Positions 39,869-53,270 of a stretch of DNA of 64,000 nt are shown here, piece by piece. Positions within the stretch are counted from its first letter, which is position 1. Every line of letters starts with the position of its first letter. Where the stretch lies: positions 130,202,001 through 130,266,000 of the forward strand of contig NW_024704742.1 of assembly GCF_018977255.1 (NCBI RefSeq). Direction: 5' to 3'. Source of the stretch: Callorhinchus milii. Lineage: Eukaryota. Position numbers and translations under genes: made by a program. The notes beneath the pieces are model-generated. The model did no database searches. It was not told where the DNA came from and saw nothing but the letters and a program-made list of their open reading frames with translations.

Positions 39869-40005
39869 ATGCAAAAGCCATAAGAGAATGTGCCCTGGAG
39901 CTGAGAAAGATGGGTGACCTGATGCATCTGAAAGTCTTAATACTCAGCAATCTTCACCTTGAGCAAAGTCAGAAGAAAAAACAGAAGGATAAAGTGAAGA
40001 GGTGA
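39869..40005 (+). CDS. PMAIP1: NOXA/PMAIP1-like copy C, coding exon 2 (DAKAIRECALELRKMGDLMHLKVLILSNLHLEQSQKKKQKDKVKR*)
   Basis: Acceptor TTTATTCCAG, phase 1. Canonical BH3 ECAxxLRxxGD that aligns with DPNAIKECAMRMRKIGDL of copy A. The protein totals 64 aa. The exon is below the ORF-track threshold. Confidence 0.85.
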
Positions 40006-40599
40006 AGTGAAGGTTAAATGTCTTTTAAGGATGCTTCCCTTGGACTGGATTCTTCACTCGTTCAAAGCAGAGGTGACACCATTGGGAAAAGGAAAGCATC
40101 CCACGCCAATAAAGGCTTTGGAATCCGAACAACAGAAATCCTTCTCTCGTCCTCTCACAATATAACATTTGGACAGCGAACTATTTCCAAGACGGTTGTA
40201 AAATGCAAACGATGGTTTCGTTAGTGGGTTATCGGGTCTCATTTGATCAAAGAGCTTGTGCTGAGAATCTGTTTTTCTCAATCCCTTCAACTTTCATCCA
40301 GGTGATTTGGGGGATCATTCTCTGACTGTGAATCTTCTCTAAACATGGGGCGGGGGAGAGAATATAATATTCCTTGCTGCACTGTGCCTTTACAGACTTT
40401 ATCAACGTGAGTTCCTACAGATAGTGGGAAATCCCATTATGAACTGAGGTCAACTATAGCAATGTGACCAACATGATAAGATCTATGAAGTTTCTAATAT
40501 TCAGCAAATTAATCCTACCCCTCCAGCCAACCAAAAACAGCTTATGTATCCAGCAATTTTAAAGCTAGTATGTTGAGAGTTGAATGTGTAAGTGCATGA

Positions 40600-40725
40600 A
40601 ATTATTTATGGATTGTGTTACTGCTTTCGAAATATGTAAACAATATTTGTTATGTAGTTAGATTGGACAAGCTGCATTGTCCTATAGGATGCATTAATTT
40701 ATAACTAGCAATTTATTATTTAACA
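40600..40725 (+). promoter_or_regulatory. AU-rich elements in the copy C 3' UTR
   Basis: TTATTTAT (about 40602), AATTTAT (about 40696) and ATTTATTATTTAA (40711). Confidence 0.4.
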
Positions 40726-42829
40726 CTTGTTACTAAAGTAAGTGCACCTTGAATTATTTTTGCATTGTTCTTCTAGACTTTTTAAACACAATAACGTATC
40801 TGATAAAACTGTGAATGCCTAAAGTCAGAAATAAAAGACAGAAAATGCTGGAAATCTATTGTAAGTTCAAACAGCATCTGAAAGACAACAGCAAGTTAAC
40901 ATTTCAGATGAAAAATTCTTCTGAAAGGTTAGCCTGTGTTTATTTATAGTAATAATTCTTGAATTTGATATGGAGCCTTATCCCATCAAAGCGTCTCAAA
41001 ACCCTTCATTTTCAGTAAGGTGGAGTGACTATATATTCAAAACACAAAATCTTATGAAGCGCTTTCAGACGTCTTGACAAATTGATAAAGCACTACATCA
41101 AATGCAAGGATTATTATTTTTTTTGTAGGTGAACATGGCAGCCAATTTGCATACAGCAATGTCCTGCAAACAGCCATGACTTGAATGACCAATTTTTTTA
41201 TCTCTGGGGTTTGTTACCCAGGACACTGGGAAAAACTCCCTTCTCTTTTCAAACAGTGTCATGACATATATAACGTCCGCCTGAGCTGGCAGATGGGAGC
41301 TTAGTTTACATCTCATCTGAGGGACAGTACCTCTGACATTTCCAGCATTTCTGTTGATAGTCAATGATTTTAACCTGAAGCTCTCCCTGTATCAGTTGTC
41401 ACTGGACACATCACAATAAAACAATAATCCATATAACCTGCAATTAATGGTGCTATTCATGGAGTCTCTGAGTTGTATTACAACATGAAAATGTGTGGAA
41501 AGAAACCTTCCACCTTGTCACATCAAAAGTACTCAAAGCATTTTGACAGTACAGTAATTAATATCCAGGTGCTTCCCTTGGACAAGCAGTTAATTTAAGG
41601 ATTGATGGCCAGATCACTTGGAGAACTATCTTTATTGTCTTTGTTTGATTAGCAACATGGGATCTCTAATGTGCACTCAAAAAGGAGGCAGTCAGACGTG
41701 ATATCAGCTTAAAACTTTTTTTGGTTAGCCGAGTTTCTGACACATGCAGAAACCCATCACTGTGCTTAAGAGAAACCAAACCAAGCTGAGAATTCCATGT
41801 ACCCCATATACACATGGAAATTCCAGAGATAGACTTTTGGAAGGACGTATCCTCCTTATTCAATTCTGGAAAGTTGAGATTGAGGTACTGCTGGAGTCTG
41901 ACCAGCTAAACCCACATAGCTTGCCATTGATATCGCTGTCTGGCAAGCTTTCCCACTGCTTAACCAGCTCGGACCACTCTACTCATTAGGGCACTGGCTT
42001 GCAGTGTTAACAGGAGCTGAGTCGGAGGATTCCCTGCCCCCAGTGACTGGTCTGCCATTCCACGTCCTGCCGACGAGCCAGACTGGCTGTGCTTGATGGT
42101 GAACCTGAAGGAAGGCCCAATCAATAATACAGCATTTTCCCCTGGTACTACAATGGAGTGTCAGTGTACAATATGAACTCAAGTCCCTTCGTCAAATTTG
42201 ATCCCATGTCCCTGTAAGGTCCAGGATGAGTGTGATATCAACTGAACCAAGCTTACACTTTAAAAAAAAAGGTTGGTAGCAAGATACTCTTTCTTAGCTA
42301 GGGACTGATGCTGCTTTCAAATAAATATATTAACGAACAGCTTCCTTTTTTTCCAAATAGTGCCATGGAATGTTTAGCATCCACCTGGTATCTTGGTTTA
42401 CCGTCTTGTTTGACCCTCAACTATCCTTTCTACCCCACATCTGCGCCATGACCCGCTCTGCCTTCCCCCACCTCCGCAACATCGCCCGTCTCTGCCACTG
42501 TCTCACACCGCAGGCTGCCAAAACCCTCATAATGCTTTTATTACATCGAGGATTAACTATGCAAACTCACTGCTTGTCGGCCTCCCCAACTCCTCCCTCT
42601 ACAGGCTGCAGATCATCCAGAACTCTGAAGCCCGTGACCTCTCCCGCACCAACCTCCGTGATCCTATCACCCTCATCCCAATTCCCAATGAAGTAGACTC
42701 CAGATTTAGATTGATTCAGAGCAGAGTTCCTGTGGGTCAGGATAATAATACCTCAAAGAATGGAAAGGAGTTGCCTAGATGTATGACTGTTAGAAATGGC
42801 TGCATTTTAATCCCCAATGTTAGTCAGAT

Positions 42830-43150
42830 ATAACATAACATAATGTAACGTGTAGGAGCAGGAGGAGGCCATTCGGCCCTTCGAGCCTGCCCCGCCATTC
42901 AATCATGGCTGATCTTCTAATCAACTCCAGCTAATAACACAACCCTGCCTTATCCCCATATCCCTTAATCACTTTTGCAATAAGAAATCTATCTATTTCA
43001 GTCTTGAATATGTTCAAGGACTGAGCGTCAACAGCCCTTTGGGGTAGCGAGTTCCATACATTCACCGCCCTTTGAGTGAAGAAGTTCTTCCTCAAGTCAG
43101 TGCGAAAGGGCTGGCCTCTGATGTTAAGGTTGTGACCCCTGGTTTTAGTT
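42830..43150 (-). mobile_element. CR1 3' end (same subfamily as 6806-8480)
   Basis: Closely similar to about 6860-7167. Confidence 0.85.
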
Positions 43151-44759
43151 TCTCTTTTATATTACTGGATTAACCTTAACTGCACCCTTGAAAGAGTTGA
43201 AAAACAGTCCATCATGCGACAAACCACAAACACACATCACATAACAGAGTACAGAGGCAACCACAAGAGGATGCTTGCCTGATGATAAGGGAGTTTCCAG
43301 ATCAATATCAGCAAATTCTGGCGAGGTAGTTGCTTTAGATATCAGAGTTAATATATGCTGTGAAATAATCCTGACAATAAATAAATAAAACTGACTGAAT
43401 AAACATTAATGCAAAATGTAGTGTTTTAGAAAATAAAAGGGTCTGAATAATTGATTCTATCTGTTTAGTTTGAATCCTGTTTGTTTCTTTTGTGTGATCC
43501 ATTGCCTTTCAAGCTGTTTCAATCATGGTATTGGAAGTCCCAAAACTCTTTGACAGGTGAGTTTTATGACCTGAATGATTATGAATTTAAGATAAATGGT
43601 CCTAAGCACTGCGTGGCACTCACGTGAGTGCAATATGTGACGAGTGCAGGGTGTTCACAAAGTCCTGTTACCCCCACCTTGTGTTTTTTTTCTTACAATG
43701 AATTTTTATTTTCTGCTTCGGATGAGTCGAGTGTAACAATGTCTGTTACCAACTTCATCCTCACTCCATCCATGTTACAAAACATGTGGCAACAAACATG
43801 GCGACGGATCATTATCTGCCATGAAAATGATAGCGCTCACACACACACACACACATCGTCCTCAGGATGTCTAAATACAGTTAAACACTTGTACTGAATA
43901 CAGTGAAGTACTTCTAAATATCATCATTCTTCCACATGTTTCAGTTGTTGGTCAGTGCACTGCATAAAAACACAAGACTTGGTGAACACCCTGTATAGTC
44001 ACTTGGATTAATCATCCCTGGTCCTAACTACACTTTAGTTTCTATTTTGGTCAAATCAAAAACTCAACTTAGAGCTTTGAGTTAAATTTTCCACGGTAAT
44101 TCACAGTAATTCATCGAATTCCAGATTGTTTCAGGACAGAAATAGAAAAGGGCAGACCATTTGGCCTGCGTTGCTTTTCTTTTCTTTCTCTTATCTATAC
44201 AAATCACCTAGTCTAACCTCCACCCCTGCATGCTCCTCATACATTTTAAATATTAATATTTCAATAAAATTGGTCATTTACTTCATGGTTGTTTGTGGGA
44301 CGCTGCTGTTTGCAAATAGGCTGCCACATTTGCCTACAATTATACAGTCACTGCACTTTACAGTAATTCCTGTGAAACGCTTTGAGGTGTCCTCCTGACC
44401 TGAAAGGCGCTCTATCAAATACAAGATTATTATTTTTAACCTGGAGGATTTTTGGCCAGGACACTGAAAAGCTCCCTTCTCGTTTTGAATACTGCCTTTG
44501 AATTGTTATCCATCAGAACAGGCAGACCAGGACATTGGGTTTAACATTTCAATCAAAGGACAACACCTTCATCAAAGAAGCACACACACAGCATTGGGAG
44601 TGTCAGCCTGGAGAGGGAGCTCAAAGTCCTGATGCATTTTCACCTACAAAATACAGAGTCAACACACTTTACAGTGTATTCTGTGAAGTGCTCGGAGATG
44701 TTTCAACAATGTGATTAGGCACTACATCAAATACAAAGACAATTGGCTAAAAGTCACCA

Positions 44760-46520
44760 CAGTATAGAATACAAAAGTCAGGAAGTTATGATGAACCTTT
44801 ATAAAACACTGGTGAGGCCTCAGCGAGAGACTGTGTTCAGTTCTGGGCACCACACTTTAAGAAGGATGTCAAGGCATTGGAGAGGATGCAAAGGAGATTT
44901 ACCAGGATGGTACCAGGAATGAGGGGCTTCAGTTATCAAAGTTAGGTAGGGTAGTAAACAGTGAGAATGATAGTAGCCAACTGCAGGAAGACATAGACAG
45001 AATGGTAAAATGGTCAGACACATGGCAGCTGAATTTCAATGTGGAGAAATACGAGGTAATGCATTTTAGAATAAAGAATGAGGGGAGGCAATATAGGCTA
45101 GATAATAATAATATAATAATAATAATCCTTGCATTTGATATAGCGCTTTTCACGTCTTCTCGACATCTCAAAGCGCTTCACAAAATAGACTGTAAAGTGA
45201 ATTGACTGTATATTTGTGGGCGAAATGTGGCAGCCAATTGCGCACAGCAGTGTCCCACAAACAGTTGTGGATTGAAAATGACTAATTTATTATTGTTTTT
45301 TTATTTTGGAGGGATTATTATTAGGCATGTGGAGTAAGGAAACTTACAATCTTAAGGGGGTGAAGGAACAGAGAGACCTGGAGGTTCAGGTAAATGAATC
45401 CTTGAAGGTGGCAGAACAGGTAGATAAAGCTGTAAAAACGGCTTATGGGATACTAGGCTTTATAAATAGGGCATAGAGTACAAGAGTCAGGAGGTTATGA
45501 TTAACCTATATAAAACACTGGTTAGTCCTCAGGTAGAATACTGCACCCAGTTCTGGGCACCACACTATAGGAAGGATGTTAAGGCATTGGAAAGGATGCA
45601 GAGGGGATTTACGAGGATGGTACCAGGAATGAGGGACCTTGATTATGAGGAAAGGCGAGAGAGGTTAGGATTATTCTCATTGGAGCAGAGAAGGTTACGA
45701 GGAGACCTAATGGAGGTCTTCAAAATCATGAGGGGATTTGATAGGTTAGAAAGGGAAAAACTGTTTCCACTGGTGGGTGTGTCGGTGACTCGAGGGGTCA
45801 CAGATTTAAAATAGTTTCTAAAAGAAGCAGAGGGGAGGTGAGAAGAAATTTTTTCACGCAGCGATTTGTTCAAATCTGGAACGCATTGTCTGAAAGGGTG
45901 TTGGAGGCCGATTCGATAACTACTTTCAAAAACACGGTGGATGGGTATTTGAGGAGGACGGGTTTGCCGGGTTATGGGGAAAGGGTTGGGGAGTGGGATT
46001 GACATTACATTGCTCTTTTCAAAGAGCCGGCGCAAGCTCGATGGGCCGAATGGTCTCTTTTTGTGCTGTACGATTTTATGATTCTATGATCAGCAGAGGC
46101 TAGAGAAGCTAGGATTATTCTTCTTGGAGAGGAGAAGGTTAAGAGGAGACTTAATAGAAGTTTTCAAAACTATTAGGGGATTCGATAGGGTGAACAAGGA
46201 GAAACTATTTCCACTGGTGGGTGGGTCGATAACCCGAGGTCACTGATTTAAAACAGTTGTTAAAAGAAACAGAGGGGAGGTGAGGAGAAATTGTTTCACA
46301 CAGCGGATCTGGAATGCATTGCCTGAAAGGATGGTGGAAGCCAATTCAATAACAACTTTTAAGAAAGAAGTAGATAATTATTTGGGGAGGACAAGTTTGC
46401 AGGGCTCTGGGGAGAGAGCGGAGGAGTGGATTGATTTGGAGAGCTCTTTTCAAAGAGCTGGCACAGACACGATGGGATGAATGGCTTCCTTCTGTGCTGT
46501 ATAATTCTATGATTCTATGA
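44760..46520 (+). mobile_element. Stacked CR1 3' fragments with a SINE at about 45102-45345 (-)
   Basis: YCTQFWAPHYRKD...LFSLEQRRLRGDL and two (ATTCTATG)n tails. Confidence 0.88.
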
Positions 46521-47383
46521 TATAGGATCTGGGTTCAATTCCCAGGCTGGGCAAAACCTTAGGCATGTTTCTTTACTCCACAAGTCTCTGTTTAGCTTTA
46601 GAGTAGGATCGCAGTTGTTGACCAATTGGCGGATCACTTTCTGGGTTAATAATCCATTAAAAAAAATAATATGGTCACCCAGCCCATTACTGTTTGTGGG
46701 ACACTGCTGTGCACAATTAGCTGCTGCATTTCACCCACAAAATATAATCAATTCACTTTACAATATATTCTGTAAAGCACTTTGAGACGTCTTGAAGACG
46801 GGATAAGGCATTGTATCAAATGCAAGTATTATTATTATCCCTTCACTTTTTTATATTAAATTATTATTATAACACACATTTAAAGTCTAGCCCAAAAAAT
46901 ACAGAAGCCCGTTTCCTAAACATGGAGAAATAGATTTCTTCATTTCAGTAGTTTCCTGTTGGCATACAGTAACTTTTGGGTTTTAGATTGTGGTTTGTTT
47001 TAGCCGATTGTCTTTTACACTATACTATAGGCTGAGTGAATGACAGCCATGTGTGTTTTACTGTTCCATGATGATCACGTGCTAGAACCTGAATGCAGAA
47101 TTTCCCAGAATCTGCTCTGAAATTTGGAGCTTTGGAAATTAATAACACACTGACTGGCAGAGCTTAGTTTTGCTACGCCCATTGGAGACTTTGCATACGT
47201 GCACAGGATTTTTTGTCGGGAATGAAGATAAATCTTTATACTTTTATATTGTGTAGAATTAGTAATAGAACTAGGTACTGTACAAATAGAGAAAGGGAGA
47301 TTGAAAGTTAGAGAGACTCTCAGAGGGGGCGAGAGAAAGAGAAAGAATGTGTAACTCAGAGAGAGAGAGAGAAAAAGAGAAAT

Positions 47384-47414
<31 letters not shown>

Positions 47415-48474
47415 TGACTCAAAGAGGGAGAAGAGAAGTAAGAAAGAAAGACAGAATGAGAGAGGCAGAGGTGGCACAGTATGGTACTACAGTGAGAACA
47501 CAACTCCTAAAATTGTTTTAGCAGCTAATTTGTATTTCTAATGTGTGGGGCTAGACACTGAGCACTGGCAAGCTATCTGGTTCAGGAAGCATTTAAACTC
47601 TAATTATATCCTTCACCAATGTCCACCGATACTCACCTTCCAGCAGGAATCATTGGACAGTGATCAAGGATAGGAAGGCTGGCTGATGTTTTTCTCTCAG
47701 TGCTGAGAACAAATGCAGCCCTGCTGAAAACCAACTAATTCAGTAAACCAAAAGCTAACGTGGCTTTGTGCTGCACTGAGCATGGTTTTTCCCACCAGGC
47801 TTATCAGGAACACTTCCAAAAAGTTTCACAGGTGAAATTTGGGTGAAGAAGGACCTTTGGCCCAAGTTGATCTCATCTTTCCAGAAAAACTTTACATTAC
47901 ATCATCAAGATGTTGCTTAAATGAGCCCAGTGGCCTGGTTCCTTCCTGGTAATCCATTCCATCTTTCTACTTTTTGGTGTTTGATTTAAACTTGTACCGT
48001 CTTATCAATGTTCTTCTGAAAGTATTATTCTCACGTTTACTGTAGTACCATATCTCTTCATTTCATGGCTGTTTGTGGCACATCGCCGTTCACAAATTAA
48101 TTTGCCTGTAAACTGCACAGTCACTGCACTTTACAGTAAAATTCATGTGAAAGGCTTTGAGATGTTTGGATGACGTGATAAGACCCCATATGAAATGCAA
48201 AAATTATTACTATAAGATTCTCACTGAGTAATCTATTTTGAGTATCAAGAGCCCTAGTTTATCCATTTTTTCGTCATAGCTCATTCCCCCAACATCAAGG
48301 ATCATTCTTATCCTAGTAACTTTTAATTGTGTTATTAAATGAAAGATTTAATACTGGGGGGTCAGGCTTGATAATGATAATAATCCTTGAATTTGATAAA
48401 GCACTTTATTATGTTGTTGAGATGTCTCAAAACGCTTCACAGGATATACTGTAAAGTCGATTGACTGTATTTTA

Positions 48475-48797
48475 ATAATAATAATAATCCTTGCATTTGA
48501 TATAGCGCTTTTCACATCGGGAGGACGTCCCAAAGCGCTTCACAGAATATACTGTAAAGTGAATCGACTGTATATTTGTGGGCGAACGCGGCAGCCAATT
48601 GCGCACAGCAATGTCCCACAAACAGTCGTAGATTGAAAATAACCAATTTATTATTGTTTGGGGTTTTTTGGAGGGATTATTATTAGGCGTGTGGAGTAAG
48701 GAAACTTGCCCAAGGTTTCACCCTGACCTGCCTGGAATTGAACTCAGGTCTCTCACTTGCAAAGCGAGTGCTCTAACCACTGAGCTACAGGACTCCA
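48475..48797 (-). mobile_element. tRNA-derived SINE, full length
   Basis: Same family. Further copies lie at about 46520-46840 (+), 49170-49441 (-), 60600-60885 (-) and 62917-63150 (+). Confidence 0.9.
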
Positions 48798-48992
48798 CAA
48801 TAGCGAACTTGCAGGGTTCGCTATTTACAAATTGTTTTACGAAAAATTCCGCTCTATTGAGAAACTTATCAGACACATGGTTTACTAACCTAACCCGCAA
48901 AATTGATGTATTACAATTGACTAGTGAGAGCTTAGTCAGAAAATAGGTGGTGTGACTAGCAGCATTAGTGAATGGTTGATGATAATCTCATA

Positions 48993-49080
48993 TTACGGGA
49001 AGGAAGTAGCTAGGTAAATTTCCGAGAATGATCGGGTGGTTTCAGTTTCATTACACAAGCTGTCGTCGCTCGCTGACTCA
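48993..49080. promoter_or_regulatory. Putative interferon/STAT-responsive enhancer or promoter
   Basis: TTACGGGAA at 48993-49001, ETS GGAAGT at 49002-49007, GAS TTCCGAGAA at 49020-49028, ISRE GGTTTCAGTTTCATT at 49038-49052, and AP-1 TGACTCA at 49074-49080. Confidence 0.6.
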
Positions 49081-50165
49081 CTGAGACTTTACTGTGAGAG
49101 GTACTGAGTGTGTGGTTCTCGTCAGGTAAACACTGCAGACAGACAGACAGAAACAGAATATATTGGAAAGTCTATTTTGTGAGCGAAACATGGCAGCCAA
49201 TTGCACACAGCAGTGTCCCGCAAACAGTTGTGCATTGAGTGACCAAATTATTTTGGGGGGAGGGATTATTACCCCCAGAAAGCGACCTGCCAATCGACTT
49301 ACAACGGTTTCCTACTTGCTGCCAGGTAAATAGAGGCATGTAGAGTAAGGAAACTTGCTTAAGGTTTCGCCCACCCAGGAATCAAACCCGGGTCTTCTCA
49401 CTTACAAGACGAGCACGCTGACCACTACGCTATAGGATCCCACGCAGATCAGACTGGGATTGCACCTTTTCTCAGCCATTGACATCAGGTCAGTAGATGT
49501 CAGAATGAAGCAGAATGGGAGAAAAATGTTGAGTAAACTAAATCAACAGTGAAAGCACTGGCAAGAAAGTCAATTTAAAAGTTGAGATTGATGCAATTCC
49601 CCTTCAGAGAGAGGTGGATAACAGCGAGGAGATACAGAGAGATGGATAACAGTGAGGAGACAGACAACTACTAAAGCAACAGGTGGTTTTAAAGGGAGGA
49701 CATCTCAAAGCAGAACAGCAGAATGGTTGAGCTGGTGGGGGAACCCGGTTTTTAGTCGATTGGCGAATCGCTTTTCCGGGGGTAATAAGCCCTTCAAAAA
49801 GAAATAAATAAAATAATAATAATAATCATATGTGTTTACTGGGCAGAGGGAACAGATGGGACACGAGGGCACATAAGTTCTCAAACGATATGGTGGAGCG
49901 AGGTTGTGGAGGCGTTTAAACAGTGAGGGCGAGAAATCACAAATAGTTCAGGCCATTTAGCAAACCTTTTACAACTGGCTATAAAATAATATTGATAACT
50001 TTATCTGTGGAACACCATGTCCATTTTTTTCCATAGAGCTTGTTTGGGAGGAAAATCTCTATTTTTAACCTCTTATATACAATTCTATAGTGACTCACCC
50101 AGGAGACTTTGACACAAGCTTATCCAGGAAACTTTAAAAACAGAGGGTGTGAGAACAGTAAGGAA

Positions 50166-50638
50166 TCATCACTCCCACCCTCACTCGCCTCCACTGGCTT
50201 CCCATCCCCCAGAGGATCGAATTCAAGATCCTCATCCTCACCTACAAGGCCATTCACGGCCTTGCTCCCTCCTACCTCTCCGACCTACTATCCCCCTATC
50301 TACCTGCCCGTACCCTCCGTTCCTCTGGCTCCGGTCTGCTCCACATCCCCCGCCCCAACCGCCCTACCATCGGTGGCCGGGCCTTCAGCCTCTCAGCCCC
50401 GAGGCTCTGGAACTCCATCCCCCAGTGCCTTCGCCGCCTCCTCCCTTTCCTCCTTCAAGGCCGGTCTCAAGACCTTTCTCTTTGACTGTGCCTTCAGCTC
50501 CCCTCTCGATTCTCTACCCCCTCCTCACTCCCTCCCTTCCCTTCCCTCCCCCTGACCATTTCCCCCCGCTCGTGTCCTGACCCAACTGTCCAGCGCCTTG
50601 GGACGTCCTCCCGATGTGAAAGGCGCTCTGTAAATGGA

Positions 50639-50669
<31 letters not shown>

Positions 50670-50672
50670 TGT
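50166..50672 (+). mobile_element. Young L2 3' fragment
   Basis: Near-identical to 25981-26570, with a (TTG)n tail. Confidence 0.9.
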
Positions 50673-53254
50673 TAAGTCTGTAAAACTATTGTGCCTTTAA
50701 ATGTTAAGACCTTTGTTCTGTTGTCTGATTGTTTTGTTACCTGATTATTTGGAGTCCTGCTTACTAAACTTTAAAAAGCGTGCTGTTTTAATTGTTCAAG
50801 AACATTTAGCTTTGAGGCACAAATAAAATTGTTTACTGTTTATTCTGTTTCAAATAAGAATAATAATGTTTACACTTCATATAGAGCCTTTCACATCAGG
50901 AGAACATCTCAAGGTGCTTCACTGAGTGTAGTGACACTCAGTTTGCCCACAGCAATGCCCCAAATAAAGCAGCTAAACATAAAATGCAATAGCAAGAACC
51001 ACAACTTGCATTTATATAGTGCCCTTCACACAGGTAATGTCTTGGAGCATTTAATAGCTTAAGGAGAGTAAATGACCAAAGCAATCTGAGGATTTAGATC
51101 CACAAATCTCTAAAAGTAGCTACACAGTTAGATATGGCTATAAAAGGCCTTTATATTCAGAGGAACAGAATATAAAATTGAGGAGGTGATGTTGAATTTG
51201 TACAAAACTTTGATTGGATCACATTTGGAGTATTGTCCATTTCTGGTCTCCACACAATAAGAAGGATATAGCAGTAACGGAAAGAGTGGGTTTACTAGGA
51301 TGATACCAAAGCTGGCAGGTTAGTGCTATCAATATAAACTGGAATAGGTTAGGCCTACTTTCACTAGAGAAGAGACTTTTAAACATAGACATGGGAGGCA
51401 TTTTACGATGGGGGTGTGGGGGCTTGAAGCCAGAATTCAGCACACCCTTCCATCTGCAAGAGATATTTAAGTATTTAATTAACTGAAATAAACTCTTTAG
51501 CAATTTCAGTTATGTTCAGTTCATCATCTTCTGGCTACTTTGGCTCCGGATCTGGATAATGTTTTTCCTTTAGACATCTTTTTGTACCCATTTTATCGCC
51601 CACAAAATATACAGTCAATTGCCTTTACAGTATATTCTGTGAAGTGCTTTGAGACGTCCAGAAGATGTGAAAAGCGCTATATCAAATGCAAGGATTATTA
51701 CTATATTATTATCATATACGAGGGCACGAGGACATCAGGAAGACTCAAGGGGAGGAGCCAGTAACCTCGTGAGAAGCTAGCCCTCATTGGCTACAGTAGC
51801 TGTCACTCACCAGGGAGGGTGGGCTCTGGGCGATGATTGGCTGGTCCAAGCTGTCACTCAGTCTCTGGGGAAGTCAATCATGAGGAAGCACTGGGAATTT
51901 ATCAATTTCCACCCAACCAATTTTCTGTGGGTACCAATGTGCAAAAGGAAATGCAATACAGCATTAAAGAGTGTGTGTGGGGGCGGAGGGGCACATAAAC
52001 ATACTTCTGCCCCCCCCCCTCTGTTTTAATTGAGGGGGCACAGATCCCCCCTGCCCCCACCCCATTACACTACCTACTGCTTTTAAGAGGAGACCCAATA
52101 GAGGTGTTCATAAATTTAGAAAGGGTTCAATAATAGGCTGTGTCCACCAGCTGGGGAATATGCAATCAGGGGTCACAAATATCAGACAGCGAACAGAGGT
52201 TCAAAAAGAGAATTTTGGAAGAACTACTTGACACAGAGAGTAGTGAAATTGTGTAACTCGGACTACCTGAACCGATGGTTGAATCGGATCGTGTAGATGT
52301 ATTCCAGAGGAAGCTAGACCTTCATATGAGGGAGAGGGGAATAGAAGGGTGTGGGAGGAAATAAGGAATGAGTGGAAACGTGTGGAGTAAAAACACCCAA
52401 CACAGACTGGTTAGACTGAGTGACCTAAATCCATGCCACTGCTGTACATTTATTGTAAATCTTTGTAAACCACGGCGGAACTTGACACCAAGCCGGGGAG
52501 AGAGGGGCGGTGACTATAGGCACGGTCAAAGAGGAAGATTTTCAGATGCAATCTGAAGATGGCAAGGAAAGTGCAAAGCAGAGATTGAGGCAGGGAGTTC
52601 CAGGGTGTAATGGCTGATGGTGGAGCAGAAGGGATGAGGGGGAAGGTGGAGGCTGGAGATAGATAAGCAAAGGGGGAGGGTAGTGGAATAAAGTGTAATC
52701 AAATTGGTGATGTGCTAGGCCATGAAATGATTTGTAAGCGAGTGTGAGGATCTTGAAATTCATGTTCTGTAATAGGGAGCCAATGGAACCTGGCAAGGAT
52801 AACAACAAATTACATTTATACAGTACCTTTCACGTCGTAAGGGCGGCCCAAGGTGCCAGACAGTTAAGGGTTGTACCCCAGCTGGGGGTTGGAATCATGA
52901 GAAGTGGAGGGTAGGGGGAGTGGGGGTGGGAGAGTGGCTGAAGGCATGATCGAAGAGGAAGGTCTTGAGACAACAACAGCAGCAGCAGCAAGATTACATT
53001 TGTATAGCGCCTTTCACATCGGGAGGACGTCCCAAGGCGCTGGACAGAGAACAGCATTTCAGGCCTTAAAGGAGACAAGGGATGGGACGAGGCAGAAGGA
53101 TTCCGTGATGACTGGTGTAATGCAATTTTAATTTACATGATATAGCTTTTAAAAGCAAAAATAGGTACTAGATATTCTGATGGGTTTACACTATGTTTAT
53201 AGTTCTGCAAATGGAAAGTTCTCGTATTTCTCTCAGAAGTTACTCTAATATTTG

Positions 53255-53270
53255 GCTCCATCTAGTGGCC
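53255..53270 (-). promoter_or_regulatory. CTCF-like motif, reverse orientation
   Basis: Reverse complement is GGCCACTAGATGGAGC. Confidence 0.45.

Noticed and set aside
40830..40835. AATAAA as the poly(A) signal of copy C
   Set aside because: It abuts a repeat-like ACAGAAAATGCTGGAAAT segment and lacks a GU-rich downstream element, so it was left uncalled.
43514..43562. Possible small plus-strand exon ending CAG|GTGAGT
   Set aside because: Weak acceptor, no recognisable peptide, and no partner exon found.
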